From positions 6,084 through 70,083 of the forward strand of contig CAMDHE010000002.1 in assembly GCA_945898095.1 (NCBI GenBank): a stretch of DNA of 64,000 bases, in the 5' to 3' direction. Shown here one piece after another: positions 36,025-45,126 of the stretch. The notes under the pieces are model-generated. The model was not told where the DNA came from, searched no databases, and saw only the letters and a list, made by a program, of their open reading frames with translations. Position numbers and translations under genes: made by a program. The DNA comes from Roseateles toxinivorans. Lineage in GTDB: Bacteria; Pseudomonadota; Gammaproteobacteria; Burkholderiales; Burkholderiaceae_C. Numbering within the stretch: position 1 is the stretch's first letter; every line of letters begins with the position of its first letter.

Positions 36025-37668
36025 TCAGTTCAGCGGCAACACCTTGCCCTGTGATTGGGCTGGCGCAGGGATGCCGATGATCTGCGCCAGCGTTGGCGCG
36101 AGGTCGGCGATCTCGACCCGCTGGCGCTGCTCGCCCTGGCCGACCCTGCCCTGGCCCCAGAACAACAGCGGCACATGGGTGTCATATTCGTACGGCGTGC
36201 CATGCGAGCTGCCGCCGCTGCGCGTGCCGAACAACCAGCCCGGCTTGATGACGATCTGCACTGGTGCGGCGATTTCCGGATGCCAGGATTTGCGCATGGC
36301 CCCCAGATAAGCGGTGCTGACATCGCTGCCCTGCAGTTGCTCGAGCGTGAAGACATCGGCGATGCCATCCAGTTGCAGCAACAAAGTCTTGGCTTCCCGG
36401 TAGACATCGGCCGGACTGGCGCCTCGGGCGGCGATCAGTTGCTGGTCGAACAGCAGGCCGGCAGCGGAAAAATTCAGCGCCCAGCGGCCGGCGCCGAATT
36501 TCTTCACCAACCCGTCGTTGACCCAGCCGAGCAGTTGCGTCGGGTTGACGCGCCCGACATCAAGACCTTTCGACCTGGCCCATTCAGGGGTGTCAGCGAA
36601 GCCATGGTCAGAGGTGAGCGCCACCACATAGTTGCCGGCGCCGATGCGCTGGTCGAGGTAGCTGAAAAAGCTCTGAAGCGCCACATCGAGATGCAAAAAA
36701 TGGTCATGTGAGAGCCGCGACTCGGGGCCGAAGGCATGGTTGACATAGTCATGCCCCGACAGGCTGACCGACAAGATGTCGGTCTTACTATCGACACCGA
36801 GGCCCTCGCCTTCAATCGCCGCACGCGCAAAGGAAAAAGTCAATTCATCGCTGAACGGCGTGGCCATCAAGCCGGCGTAGTACAGCGGTCCTGGCTTGTC
36901 ATGTTTGGCACCGATGACGGCAGGCAGTCGGTTGCCATTGCCGCTGTTGACCTGCCAGGGCTGGCCATCGGGAACCGACTGGGCATAGGCAACTTCAGCC
37001 AGCAGCGGCGCCCAGGTCTTGCCGAAATAGGCGTCAGCCGGCTTGGCCTGGTTGAAATCATTCACCCATTGCGGATGGGCCGGCATGTAATAAGTACTGG
37101 ACGCGAACTGGCCGCTTTCGCTCATATACATATAGGCCTTGCCCTTGTGGCCGGCAGGCAGGATGGCGCCGCGGTCCTTGCCCGAGATCGCAAGCACCTT
37201 AGACGCGGCATCCTGGCTGCGCAGCACATCGCCGAGCGTTTCGACCCGCAGATTGCGCGGGCTGGTGCCGGCCAGTGGCGCGGTCTTGTGGTCGATGTAC
37301 TGGTAATCGGCATCGCCGGTGCAGTAGACCGCTTGCCCGGTCTGCGGGTCTCGCCATTCATTGCTGATGATGCCGCTGCGCTGCGGATAAGCGCCGCTGA
37401 GCATCACCGCATGACCGGCTGCGGTGACCGTATGGCCATGACCGTAATGGGCGTTTGAAAACCAGCTGCCACGGTCAAGAAAACGCCTGAAGCCATCGGG
37501 CTGCAACTGCTCGCGATAACTGAGGGCCTGGCGCATCGGCAGGCCGTCGACCACCAGCAGCACCACGAGCTTCGGCGGCGGCTGGCCGGCGGGCAAGGCC
37601 GGCAGATTGCTGCAGCCAAGCAGCAGGGATAAACAGGCAGCGGACAGCAGCAATCGACGCTTGATCAT
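36025..37668 (-). CDS. Alkaline phosphatase / nucleotide pyrophosphatase-phosphodiesterase (NPP) family lipoprotein
   Basis: Lipobox LLLGCS. Metal/nucleophile motifs VVDGLPMRQ, GHTVTAAGH, SGHDYVNHAFGPES, LTSDHGF. Confidence 0.85.
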   Translation of the reverse strand: MIKRRLLLSAACLSLLLGCSNLPALPAGQPPPKLVVLLVVDGLPMRQALSYREQLQPDGFRRFLDRGSWFSNAHYGHGHTVTAAGHAVMLSGAYPQRSGIISNEWRDPQTGQAVYCTGDADYQYIDHKTAPLAGTSPRNLRVETLGDVLRSQDAASKVLAISGKDRGAILPAGHKGKAYMYMSESGQFASSTYYMPAHPQWVNDFNQAKPADAYFGKTWAPLLAEVAYAQSVPDGQPWQVNSGNGNRLPAVIGAKHDKPGPLYYAGLMATPFSDELTFSFARAAIEGEGLGVDSKTDILSVSLSGHDYVNHAFGPESRLSHDHFLHLDVALQSFFSYLDQRIGAGNYVVALTSDHGFADTPEWARSKGLDVGRVNPTQLLGWVNDGLVKKFGAGRWALNFSAAGLLFDQQLIAARGASPADVYREAKTLLLQLDGIADVFTLEQLQGSDVSTAYLGAMRKSWHPEIAAPVQIVIKPGWLFGTRSGGSSHGTPYEYDTHVPLLFWGQGRVGQGEQRQRVEIADLAPTLAQIIGIPAPAQSQGKVLPLN

Positions 37669-37731
37669 GGCAATAATGGCAGTGAGCGAGATCCGCAGCT
37701 TATGCGAAATTTATCTCGGCCAGCTAAATGC

Positions 37732-38976
37732 TCAGGCCAGCGCTTCGTCGAGCACCTCGACCCAATGCCGCACCGGCGTGGCCGTGCCGCTTTGCAGATG
37801 CTGGATGCAGCCGATATTGGCCGAGACAATGGTCTGCGCCTGCAGCGGCGCCAGGGCCTGCAATTTCTGGTCGCGCAGCCGCTTGGACAATTCGGGTTGC
37901 AGCACCGAGTAAGTGCCGGCCGAGCCGCAGCACAAGTGGCTGTCGCAGGTCGCCAGATTCAGCTCGAAGCCGAGCGCGCGCAGTCCGTTTTCGACTTCGC
38001 CGCGCAACTGCTGGCCATGCTGCAAGGTGCAGGGCGGGTGGTAGGCCAGCTTGCCGCGCGGTTTGGCGTCGAGGCGCGGCTTCAACAAAGGCGTCAGCTC
38101 GGGCAGCAACTCGCTCAGATCGACGGTGATCGCGCTGACACGCGCCGCCTTGTCAGCGTAATCGGGGTCGGCGCTGAGTGCGCGTCCATATTCCTTGACG
38201 GTGACGCCACAGCCCGAGGTATTCATCACCAATGCCTCAATCTTGCCGACATCGGTGAGGCCCGCGACCAGCGGCCACCAGGCATCGATATTGCGCCGCA
38301 TATCGTCCAGCCCGCCCTCATGATCCGACAGATGGCTGCGCACCGCGCCGCAGCAACCGGCGCCATCGGCCACCAGCGTCTGGATGCCAGCGGCATCGAG
38401 CACGCGGGCGGTGGCGCTGTTGATGTTTGGCGCCATCGAAGGCTGCACGCAGCCAAGCAGCAAGCCGACCTTGCGCGCGTGGCTGCGGGTTGGCCAGTCA
38501 TGGGCGCGGGGCGGCGCCTTGCCCGGCACCTTGTCCTTCAGTATCGCGGGCAGCAGCGGCCGCACCAGTTTGCCGACGGCCATGGCCGGAGCGAAAGCCG
38601 GCGAAGTCAGCCCTTCCTTGAGCAACCAGCGTACCGCCCGCTCGGGCAATGGGCGTTCGACCTTGGCCTCGACGATATTGCGGCCGATCTCCAGCAACTG
38701 CCCATATTCGACCCCCGAAGGACAGGTGGTCTCACAGTTGCGGCAGGTCAGACAGCGGTCCAGATGCAGTTGCGTCTTGCGCGTCGGCGTCGCCCCTTCC
38801 AGCACCTGCTTGATCAGATAGATGCGGCCACGCGGCCCGTCGAGTTCATCGCCGAGCAACTGGTAGGTCGGACAGGTGGCGGTGCAAAAGCCGCAATGCA
38901 CACAGCGGCTCAATATCGCTTCGGCCTGTGCGCCAGCGCTGGTGCCTTGAAACTCGGGGGAGAGTTGGGTCTGCAT
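37732..38976 (-). CDS. glcF: Glycolate oxidase iron-sulfur subunit GlcF
   Basis: Two 4Fe-4S motifs CVHCGFCTATCP and CLTCRNCETTCP, plus CCG domains. Confidence 0.93.
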   Translation of the reverse strand: MQTQLSPEFQGTSAGAQAEAILSRCVHCGFCTATCPTYQLLGDELDGPRGRIYLIKQVLEGATPTRKTQLHLDRCLTCRNCETTCPSGVEYGQLLEIGRNIVEAKVERPLPERAVRWLLKEGLTSPAFAPAMAVGKLVRPLLPAILKDKVPGKAPPRAHDWPTRSHARKVGLLLGCVQPSMAPNINSATARVLDAAGIQTLVADGAGCCGAVRSHLSDHEGGLDDMRRNIDAWWPLVAGLTDVGKIEALVMNTSGCGVTVKEYGRALSADPDYADKAARVSAITVDLSELLPELTPLLKPRLDAKPRGKLAYHPPCTLQHGQQLRGEVENGLRALGFELNLATCDSHLCCGSAGTYSVLQPELSKRLRDQKLQALAPLQAQTIVSANIGCIQHLQSGTATPVRHWVEVLDEALA

Positions 38977-38987
38977 AGTCTTTGGGG

Positions 38988-39701
38988 TCAGAATAAACGC
39001 GCCGCGAACGGCATCAAGAGGGAAGCCAGCAGCACTTGCAGGCCCAGCGCCAGCCCGGCATAGGCGCCGGCATCTGGATGTACTTGCAGCACTCTGGCGG
39101 CACCAATGCCATGCGACGCGGTGCCGAGTGCAAAGCCGCGCGCTTCGATCCGGTCGATGCCGATCAGATCAAAAAGATATTTCCCCGCCATCGCGCCGAT
39201 CAATCCGGTCAGCACGGCCAGCACCGCAGCCAGCGCCGGAATGCCGCCGATATGCTCGGCGATGCCCATCGCGACCGGCGCGGTCACCGACTTCGGCGCC
39301 AGCGAGCGCAGCAACTCGGGCGGCAAGCCCATCATCCAGCCGATGGCCACGGCAGAGAGCGCCGCAGCGCTACCACCGGCCAATGCCGCCAGCAGCAAAG
39401 CGCCGACGCGGCGGCGCAACTCGGCGCGCCGCTGCCACATCGGCCAGCCCAGCGCAACGACCGCCGGCCCAAGCAGGAAATGGATGAACTGGGCGCCTGA
39501 AAAATAGCTCGGATAAGGCGTGCCGCTGACGGTCAGCAACAGCGCCAGCAACGTCACCGTCCAGAGCACCGGATTGGCCCAGGGCGCCTGGCCGCTGCGT
39601 TGGTAGTACAAAAGCGCCAGCAGGTAGACGGCCAGCGTCGCAGTCAGGCCGAACAAGGGCGTTGCCGACAGATAGACCCAGAGCTGGACGAAGCTGGTCA
39701 T
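38988..39701 (-). CDS. lrgB: LrgB/CidB family membrane protein
   Basis: 237 aa polytopic. Family motifs PKSVTAPVAMGIAE and GTASHGIGAAR. Confidence 0.88.
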   Translation of the reverse strand: MTSFVQLWVYLSATPLFGLTATLAVYLLALLYYQRSGQAPWANPVLWTVTLLALLLTVSGTPYPSYFSGAQFIHFLLGPAVVALGWPMWQRRAELRRRVGALLLAALAGGSAAALSAVAIGWMMGLPPELLRSLAPKSVTAPVAMGIAEHIGGIPALAAVLAVLTGLIGAMAGKYLFDLIGIDRIEARGFALGTASHGIGAARVLQVHPDAGAYAGLALGLQVLLASLLMPFAARLF

Positions 39702-39714
39702 AGCGCAGCGCTGC

Positions 39715-40059
39715 TCATCCGGCCCGCCGCAGCAGCGCTTGCAGCACGATGGCGCTGACGGCCAGGCCGATCAGCGTTGACAGCAGCAAGGCCACGCCGA
39801 GGCGCAAGCCGTAAGTGGCGATCAGCTCGAGATGGGTCATCACCCCGACACCAACCGGCACGAACAGCAGCGATAAATGGGCCAGCAAAGCATTCGCCGC
39901 TGCCTCGACCGGCGCCTGACAAGCCGGCCAGCGCAAGACCAGTAGCAATAGCAGCATGCCCAGCACCGGGCCGGGCAGACCGAGCCCGGCGGCCTGCGTC
40001 AGCAACTCGCCGGCTGACTGGCAGAGCAGCAGAATCGTCAGGCCGAGCAAGGCTTGCAT
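39715..40059 (-). CDS. lrgA: LrgA/CidA family membrane protein
   Basis: 114 aa, 4 TM, LLFVPVGVGVM motif. 4-nt gap after the glcE stop. Confidence 0.88.
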   Translation of the reverse strand: MQALLGLTILLLCQSAGELLTQAAGLGLPGPVLGMLLLLLVLRWPACQAPVEAAANALLAHLSLLFVPVGVGVMTHLELIATYGLRLGVALLLSTLIGLAVSAIVLQALLRRAG

Positions 40060-40063
40060 CGCT

Positions 40064-41137
40064 TCAGAGCCCCGGGTAAAGCCGGCCGGGGTTGAACAGG
40101 CCTTGCGGGTCGAATGACTTTTTCAGTTGCTGGTGGATGCGCGCCAAAGCCGGGGCCAAAGGCGTGAAGGCCCCGACGCTTTTGTCCGCAGCGCGGAACA
40201 AGGTCGCATGGCCGCCGACGCTGGCCGCCGCTTCGCGCACCCGCTGCCCACCCGAAGGCGTAATCAGCCAGCGCTGCGCGCCACCCCATTCGAGCAGTTG
40301 CTCGCCGTCCAGGTCGAGCAGCGGCGCAGTCTGCGGCAGCGACAGGCGCCAGAGCTGCGAGTCGCCCTGCACGGCGCGCAGCGCGCCAAGAAAAAACTCA
40401 TCGCTGTGGTCGCGCAGCCCATCCCAGAACGGCCGCGCCAGCGCTTCGTCGATCAACTCGCCGCCGAGGCGCTGGGTGGCAGCCTGGACCGCCGCATTCG
40501 CGCCCGCCAGCCGCAGCACCAGGGCGCCGTCCCAGCAGGCACTGGCATTGATCGGCAGTGGCTGGCCACCCCAGAGATTGAGCTGGTCAAGCGCTTGTTG
40601 TGCGCCCATCTCGAAGCGTAAGGTCGCTTGCGCCGTTGGCAAGGGCAGCACCTTCAGCGAGACCTCGAGGATCACGCCGAGCATGCCCATCGAGCCGGCA
40701 ATCAAGCGCGAGACATCGTAGCCGGCGACGTTTTTCATCACCGTGCCGCCAAAGCTCAAGGCCTCGGCCTGGCCGTTCAACATCGTCACGCCCAGCACAT
40801 GATCGCGCAACGCGCCCATGCTGGCGCGGGCGGGGCCGCTCAAGCCGCTAGCCACCATGCCGCCGACCGTCCCGCCGCCAAAGCGCGGTGGCTCGAAAGC
40901 CAGATGCTGACCCTGGCCTGCCAGCAGTTGCTCAAGTTCGGCGATCGAAGTGCCGGCCTTGGCCGTGACAACCAGCTCGCTCGGCTCGTAGCTGGTGACG
41001 CCGGAAAAACCGGCCAACTCAAGCGGCTCGCCAACCGGGTCCTGGCCGTAAAAAGCCTTGCTGCCCTGGCCCTGGATATTCAAGCTGACGCCGCGGGCGG
41101 CGGCATCGCGGATTTGCTCCTGAATTTGTTGCAGCAT
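40064..41137 (-). CDS. glcE: Glycolate oxidase FAD-binding subunit GlcE
   Basis: 357 aa. FAD_binding_4-type N-terminus, ...MKNVAGYDVSRL... Start shares 1 nt with the glcD stop (TGATG). Confidence 0.92.
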   Translation of the reverse strand: MLQQIQEQIRDAAARGVSLNIQGQGSKAFYGQDPVGEPLELAGFSGVTSYEPSELVVTAKAGTSIAELEQLLAGQGQHLAFEPPRFGGGTVGGMVASGLSGPARASMGALRDHVLGVTMLNGQAEALSFGGTVMKNVAGYDVSRLIAGSMGMLGVILEVSLKVLPLPTAQATLRFEMGAQQALDQLNLWGGQPLPINASACWDGALVLRLAGANAAVQAATQRLGGELIDEALARPFWDGLRDHSDEFFLGALRAVQGDSQLWRLSLPQTAPLLDLDGEQLLEWGGAQRWLITPSGGQRVREAAASVGGHATLFRAADKSVGAFTPLAPALARIHQQLKKSFDPQGLFNPGRLYPGL

Positions 41138-42621
41138 CAGAACCTCGGCAATTCAGGAAAGGCCAGCAGACCGCGGCTGACATGCATGCGGCCATATTCG
41201 GCACAGCGGTGCAGGGTCGGAATCACCTTGCCGGGATTCAACAGGCCAGCCGGGTCGAAGGCCAGCTTGAGCCCGAACATCTGCTCGCGCTCGGCGTCGG
41301 AAAACTGCACGCACATCGAATTGAGTTTCTCGATGCCGACGCCATGTTCTCCGGTGATGGTGCCGCCCAGCGCCACGCTGGTCTCGAGAATCTCGGCCCC
41401 GAACAACTCGCAGCGCCGCATCTGGTCAGGGTCCTTGCCGTCGAACAGGATCAAGGGGTGCAGGTTGCCGTCGCCAGCATGAAACACATTGGCGCAGCGC
41501 AGCTCGTATTTCTTTTCCATCTCGGCAATCGCGAGCAGGATGTCGGCCAGGTTCTTGCGCGGAATGGTCGAATCCATGCACATGTAATCGGGGCTGATGC
41601 GAACCGAGTCGGGAAAGGCATTCTTGCGCCCGCTCCAGAAACGCAAGCGCTGCGCTTCATCGGCCGAGACTTCGCAAGCGGTCGCCCCTGCGGCCAGTAG
41701 CACCGCCTGCATCCGGCCGATTTCCTCGGCCACTTCCTCGGGCGTGCCGTCGCTTTCGCAGAGCAGAATCGCCGCCGCCGACAGGTCATAGCCGGCATGG
41801 ACGAAATCCTCAACCGCCGCCGTCATCGGCTTGTCCATCATCTCCAGACCCGCCGGGATGATGCCCTCGGCAATGATCTGCGCCACCGCATTGCCGGCTT
41901 TGCGGATGTCGTCAAAGCTGGCCATGATGCAGCGCGCCAGCATCGGTTTGGGAATCAATTTGACCGTCACTTCGGTGATCACAGCAAGCATGCCCTCGCT
42001 GCCGACGATGACGCTGAGCAGGTCGAGACCGGCCGCATCAAGCGCTTCGGAACCGAAATCAACCGCCTCGCCGTCCATCGTGAAGCCGCGCACGCGCAGC
42101 ACGTTGTGCAGCGTCAGGCCGTATTTGAGGCAATGCACACCGCCCGAGTTTTCGGCCACATTGCCACCTATCGTGCAGGCGATCTGGCTGCTCGGATCCG
42201 GCGCGTAATAGAGGCCATGGGCAGCAGCCGCCTCGGAGATCGCCAGGTTGCGCACCCCGCATTGCACCGTCGCCGTGCGCGCCAGCGGGTCGATGCGCAG
42301 AATCTGCTTGAACTTGGCCAGACCCAGCGTCACGCCCGAGGCATGGGGCAGCGCGCCACCCGACAAACCGGTGCCCGCGCCGCGCGCCACCACCGGGACC
42401 TTGAGCTGATGGCAGACCCTCAGCACCGCAGCGACCTGGGCCTCGTTTTCCGGCAGAGCGACCAGCAAAGGCCGTTCGCGGTAAGCGCTCAGACCATCAC
42501 ATTCATAGGGCACCGTGTCTTCGAGATGCCAGAGCAAGGCATGGGCTGGCAGATGCGCCGACAGGGCCTTGACCACGCCAGCTTGGGCAATTGCGCGCTC
42601 GGCGGGGTCGGCGCGAGCCAT
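41137..42621 (-). CDS. glcD: Glycolate oxidase subunit GlcD (FAD-linked oxidase)
   Basis: About 494 aa from ATG at 42621 (the track gives TTG at 42639). VVARGAGTGLSGGA FAD motif and C-terminal FAD-oxidase domain. Confidence 0.93.
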   Translation of the reverse strand: MARADPAERAIAQAGVVKALSAHLPAHALLWHLEDTVPYECDGLSAYRERPLLVALPENEAQVAAVLRVCHQLKVPVVARGAGTGLSGGALPHASGVTLGLAKFKQILRIDPLARTATVQCGVRNLAISEAAAAHGLYYAPDPSSQIACTIGGNVAENSGGVHCLKYGLTLHNVLRVRGFTMDGEAVDFGSEALDAAGLDLLSVIVGSEGMLAVITEVTVKLIPKPMLARCIMASFDDIRKAGNAVAQIIAEGIIPAGLEMMDKPMTAAVEDFVHAGYDLSAAAILLCESDGTPEEVAEEIGRMQAVLLAAGATACEVSADEAQRLRFWSGRKNAFPDSVRISPDYMCMDSTIPRKNLADILLAIAEMEKKYELRCANVFHAGDGNLHPLILFDGKDPDQMRRCELFGAEILETSVALGGTITGEHGVGIEKLNSMCVQFSDAEREQMFGLKLAFDPAGLLNPGKVIPTLHRCAEYGRMHVSRGLLAFPELPRF

Positions 42622-42743
42622 GGTGAGAGCAGCATTCAAATCAAATCTCCGGTTCGACGGCTACTGTAGCTTGGGCCAGGGGCGGATGCCGCGTCACGAT
42701 CACCGCACCCCGGTTCAAACGGCAATGACTTTTGGACTTGCAA

Positions 42744-43934
42744 TCAGTTGCGCATGAACACTGTCAGCACGCCGGTATAGCTGTGCAGGCTGGCATGGGC
42801 GATTTCACCGCCAGCGAACATGCCGACCAGCGGCACGTCGCCCAGGCCATGCCGGACCCATTGAGCCTCGGCCGAAGGCGCACCGAAATGCGGGCCGCCG
42901 CGGCCGGCACAACTGATATAGATCGCGCCGGCGATTGCCGGGCTGCCATCTTCCGGGGCGCTGTCTTCGGCCTCGCTACGCAACTCGGTACAGATGCGCA
43001 AGAGGTCGCGCTTTGCCGCTGCCGGGTTGCGCTCGCAAAAACTGAGTGCCTGCCCGACCTCGACCCGTTGCGCCACGGCCACGCCGCGCCGCTGCGGGTC
43101 GACACCGACCAGATGGCGCACCAGCACTTCGGCGCCGTAATTGCCGCGCTGCGCCTTGCTGCCTGATGCCGCGCCCGGGTTGATGCCGGCCAGCGTGCGG
43201 CGCAAACGGGGCACCGCTTCACGCAGGTTGGCAGGCTCGGTCAACACCGGCAGGGCCAAGTCCTGCAACAGGCATTCAAGCGCCGGAAGATCATCGAGCC
43301 GGGTCACCAGATGACCATCACAAGCCGTGATGATGCGCTCGGGGCCGAGCGGCTGGCAACCCTGACTGACCCGCGAGACGATGCGCATGCCGGACTGCTT
43401 GCCACTGAGCGCGGCCGAATAGGCCACACCCGAAATCCCGCCGGTCCAGACACCATCAGCCAGATGTACCGCCTGGCGGCGCCCGGAAGCGATACCGCCG
43501 AACAGATAGCCGCTGCGCGTCTGCCCGGCCAACTCGGTCAGCAATTCCTGCAATTCGTGGGTACTGCCATCGGTATGAACTTGCGCCAAGCCCGCATCCC
43601 AGCGCCCCAACGCCTGAGCCCCGGAAAACAAGCGGAATTGCTCGACCGGCAAATCCGCCAGCATCAAGGTCAAGGCCGGCTCATCAAAATACTCGACGCC
43701 GCTGGCGCAAATGCCGACCGCAGAGGCGCCGACCCAAGCCACGCCGGGCCAGCGTTGCCTTGCATCGGCGAGCAGGCTTTCGGCCTGCCCCACATAGGCT
43801 TCGGTGCAATAGAGCCAGCCCAAGGTGGGCTGCATCGTCACGCTGAGCCGCTGCGCCTCGATTTGTGCGGCGGCCAGCGCCATGGCCATATGCGCGTCCG
43901 GATGGGTCGCGTGGGCCTGAAGAAAAGACCTCAT
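42744..43934 (-). CDS. FIST N/C domain-containing signal-transduction protein
   Basis: 396 aa. Pattern consistent with FIST_N/FIST_C (…GYLFGGIASG…, …VGMFAGGEIA…). Confidence 0.7.
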   Translation of the reverse strand: MRSFLQAHATHPDAHMAMALAAAQIEAQRLSVTMQPTLGWLYCTEAYVGQAESLLADARQRWPGVAWVGASAVGICASGVEYFDEPALTLMLADLPVEQFRLFSGAQALGRWDAGLAQVHTDGSTHELQELLTELAGQTRSGYLFGGIASGRRQAVHLADGVWTGGISGVAYSAALSGKQSGMRIVSRVSQGCQPLGPERIITACDGHLVTRLDDLPALECLLQDLALPVLTEPANLREAVPRLRRTLAGINPGAASGSKAQRGNYGAEVLVRHLVGVDPQRRGVAVAQRVEVGQALSFCERNPAAAKRDLLRICTELRSEAEDSAPEDGSPAIAGAIYISCAGRGGPHFGAPSAEAQWVRHGLGDVPLVGMFAGGEIAHASLHSYTGVLTVFMRN

Positions 43935-43951
43935 GGGCTGATTTTGCCGGC

Positions 43952-44632
43952 TCAGCTGCTGCGCCTCTTTACCGTCTTGGCTGCCGCTTTGGCCGCAGGC
44001 TTTGCCGCCGCCTTGGCAGCAGGTTTGGCCGCCGCAGCTGGCGCTTTCGGGGCCGCAGCTGGCTTGCCGGCCATCATGCCCGGCATGGCCTTGCGCAAGG
44101 TCTCGCCGGCAGCGTCAAACGATTGCTTGACGATATTGGTGGCGGTATCGGTCGCACTTTCGTTCATCGCCTTGGTCGCCAGTTCAGTGAACTGCTGACT
44201 CAAAGCGCCCCACCATTGCATCGGATCGACTGCGGGTGCAGCCGGTGCCGATGCGGGGGCAGGAGCCGCAGCAGCTTTGGGGCTGGCAGCCGGCTTTTTG
44301 GCGGCGCCGGCCATCATGCCGGTCCAGGCAGCCGGCTCGGGCATCTTCAGCGCAGCCTGCAGATCGGCCAAAGGCACATTCATCGACTGCAGCGTCGACA
44401 AGGTCATGCGCTGGACTTCCAGGGCCTGCAAGGTAACCCCCATCATGCGGGCGTTCTGCTCGAGCCAGAACTGCACGGTACGCAACTCCTCGATGCGCTT
44501 GCCCAGTTCTTCCGGGTTCAGCGTCGGCGCAACCCATTGGCCGATGCCCGGCAAAGCGGTGCCGGCGTTCTTGACCAACCCCTGCAAAAAGTCAAAACCC
44601 GGGACAAATTTGGTGAAATTGGTATCGCTCAT
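43952..44632 (-). CDS. phaM: PhaM-like PHA-granule-associated protein with Lys/Ala/Pro-rich (histone-H1-like) tail
   Basis: N-terminus MSDTNFTKFVPGFDFLQGLVKN..., coiled region. C-terminus AAAKPAAKAAAKPAAKAAAKTVKRRSS. Confidence 0.6.
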   Translation of the reverse strand: MSDTNFTKFVPGFDFLQGLVKNAGTALPGIGQWVAPTLNPEELGKRIEELRTVQFWLEQNARMMGVTLQALEVQRMTLSTLQSMNVPLADLQAALKMPEPAAWTGMMAGAAKKPAASPKAAAAPAPASAPAAPAVDPMQWWGALSQQFTELATKAMNESATDTATNIVKQSFDAAGETLRKAMPGMMAGKPAAAPKAPAAAAKPAAKAAAKPAAKAAAKTVKRRSS

Positions 44633-44693
44633 GGCATCTCCTTGGGCTCGACGGAACTTCGTCTACCCCGATGGTACTTCTACCGCTCAGAGG

Positions 44694-44987
44694 TCAATGC
44701 ATCACCACCGGCTGATGCCCCATCCGCGCATAGGTTTCGATGAAATCGTCGAGGTCTTCCTCGCTCGGGTCTCGCTCGATCAAGGCTTCCACGCCATCCT
44801 GGAACTGCTGGGCCAGCGCGCCTTCGATGAAGATCTCCGTGCAACTCAATTTATCGACGATTTCATAGCCTCCGCGGTTCAATTGCAAACCGGGATTGGC
44901 CAACAACAAAGGCCCGGGCATAGGCTCCGCCACCTGAACGTCGAATTTAACGACGATGAAACTGTTGGAGTTATAAAGTGTTTCCAT
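44694..44987 (-). CDS. DUF3567 family protein
   Basis: METLYNSNSFIVVKFDV... from ATG at 44987 with AGGAG RBS. Small acidic protein typical of Burkholderiales. Confidence 0.7.
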   Translation of the reverse strand: METLYNSNSFIVVKFDVQVAEPMPGPLLLANPGLQLNRGGYEIVDKLSCTEIFIEGALAQQFQDGVEALIERDPSEEDLDDFIETYARMGHQPVVMH

Positions 44988-45126
44988 GGAATCTCCTTCC
45001 AGCTTCAAATGCGGTCAGCAGCGCCGGGTTTCAAGTCCTGCCAGCTTCGCCGGCGCCTGACCGTAAGCGCATAGTGGCAGATCGCCGGGCAGTGCGGAGG
45101 ACTATTTGCAGCCAGAAGCACCAAAC

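Noticed and set aside
43980-44080. Short periodic repeats that could look like a mini CRISPR or tandem array
   Set aside because: They are in-frame Ala/Lys/Pro codon repeats within the PhaM-like coding sequence, with no spacer/repeat architecture.
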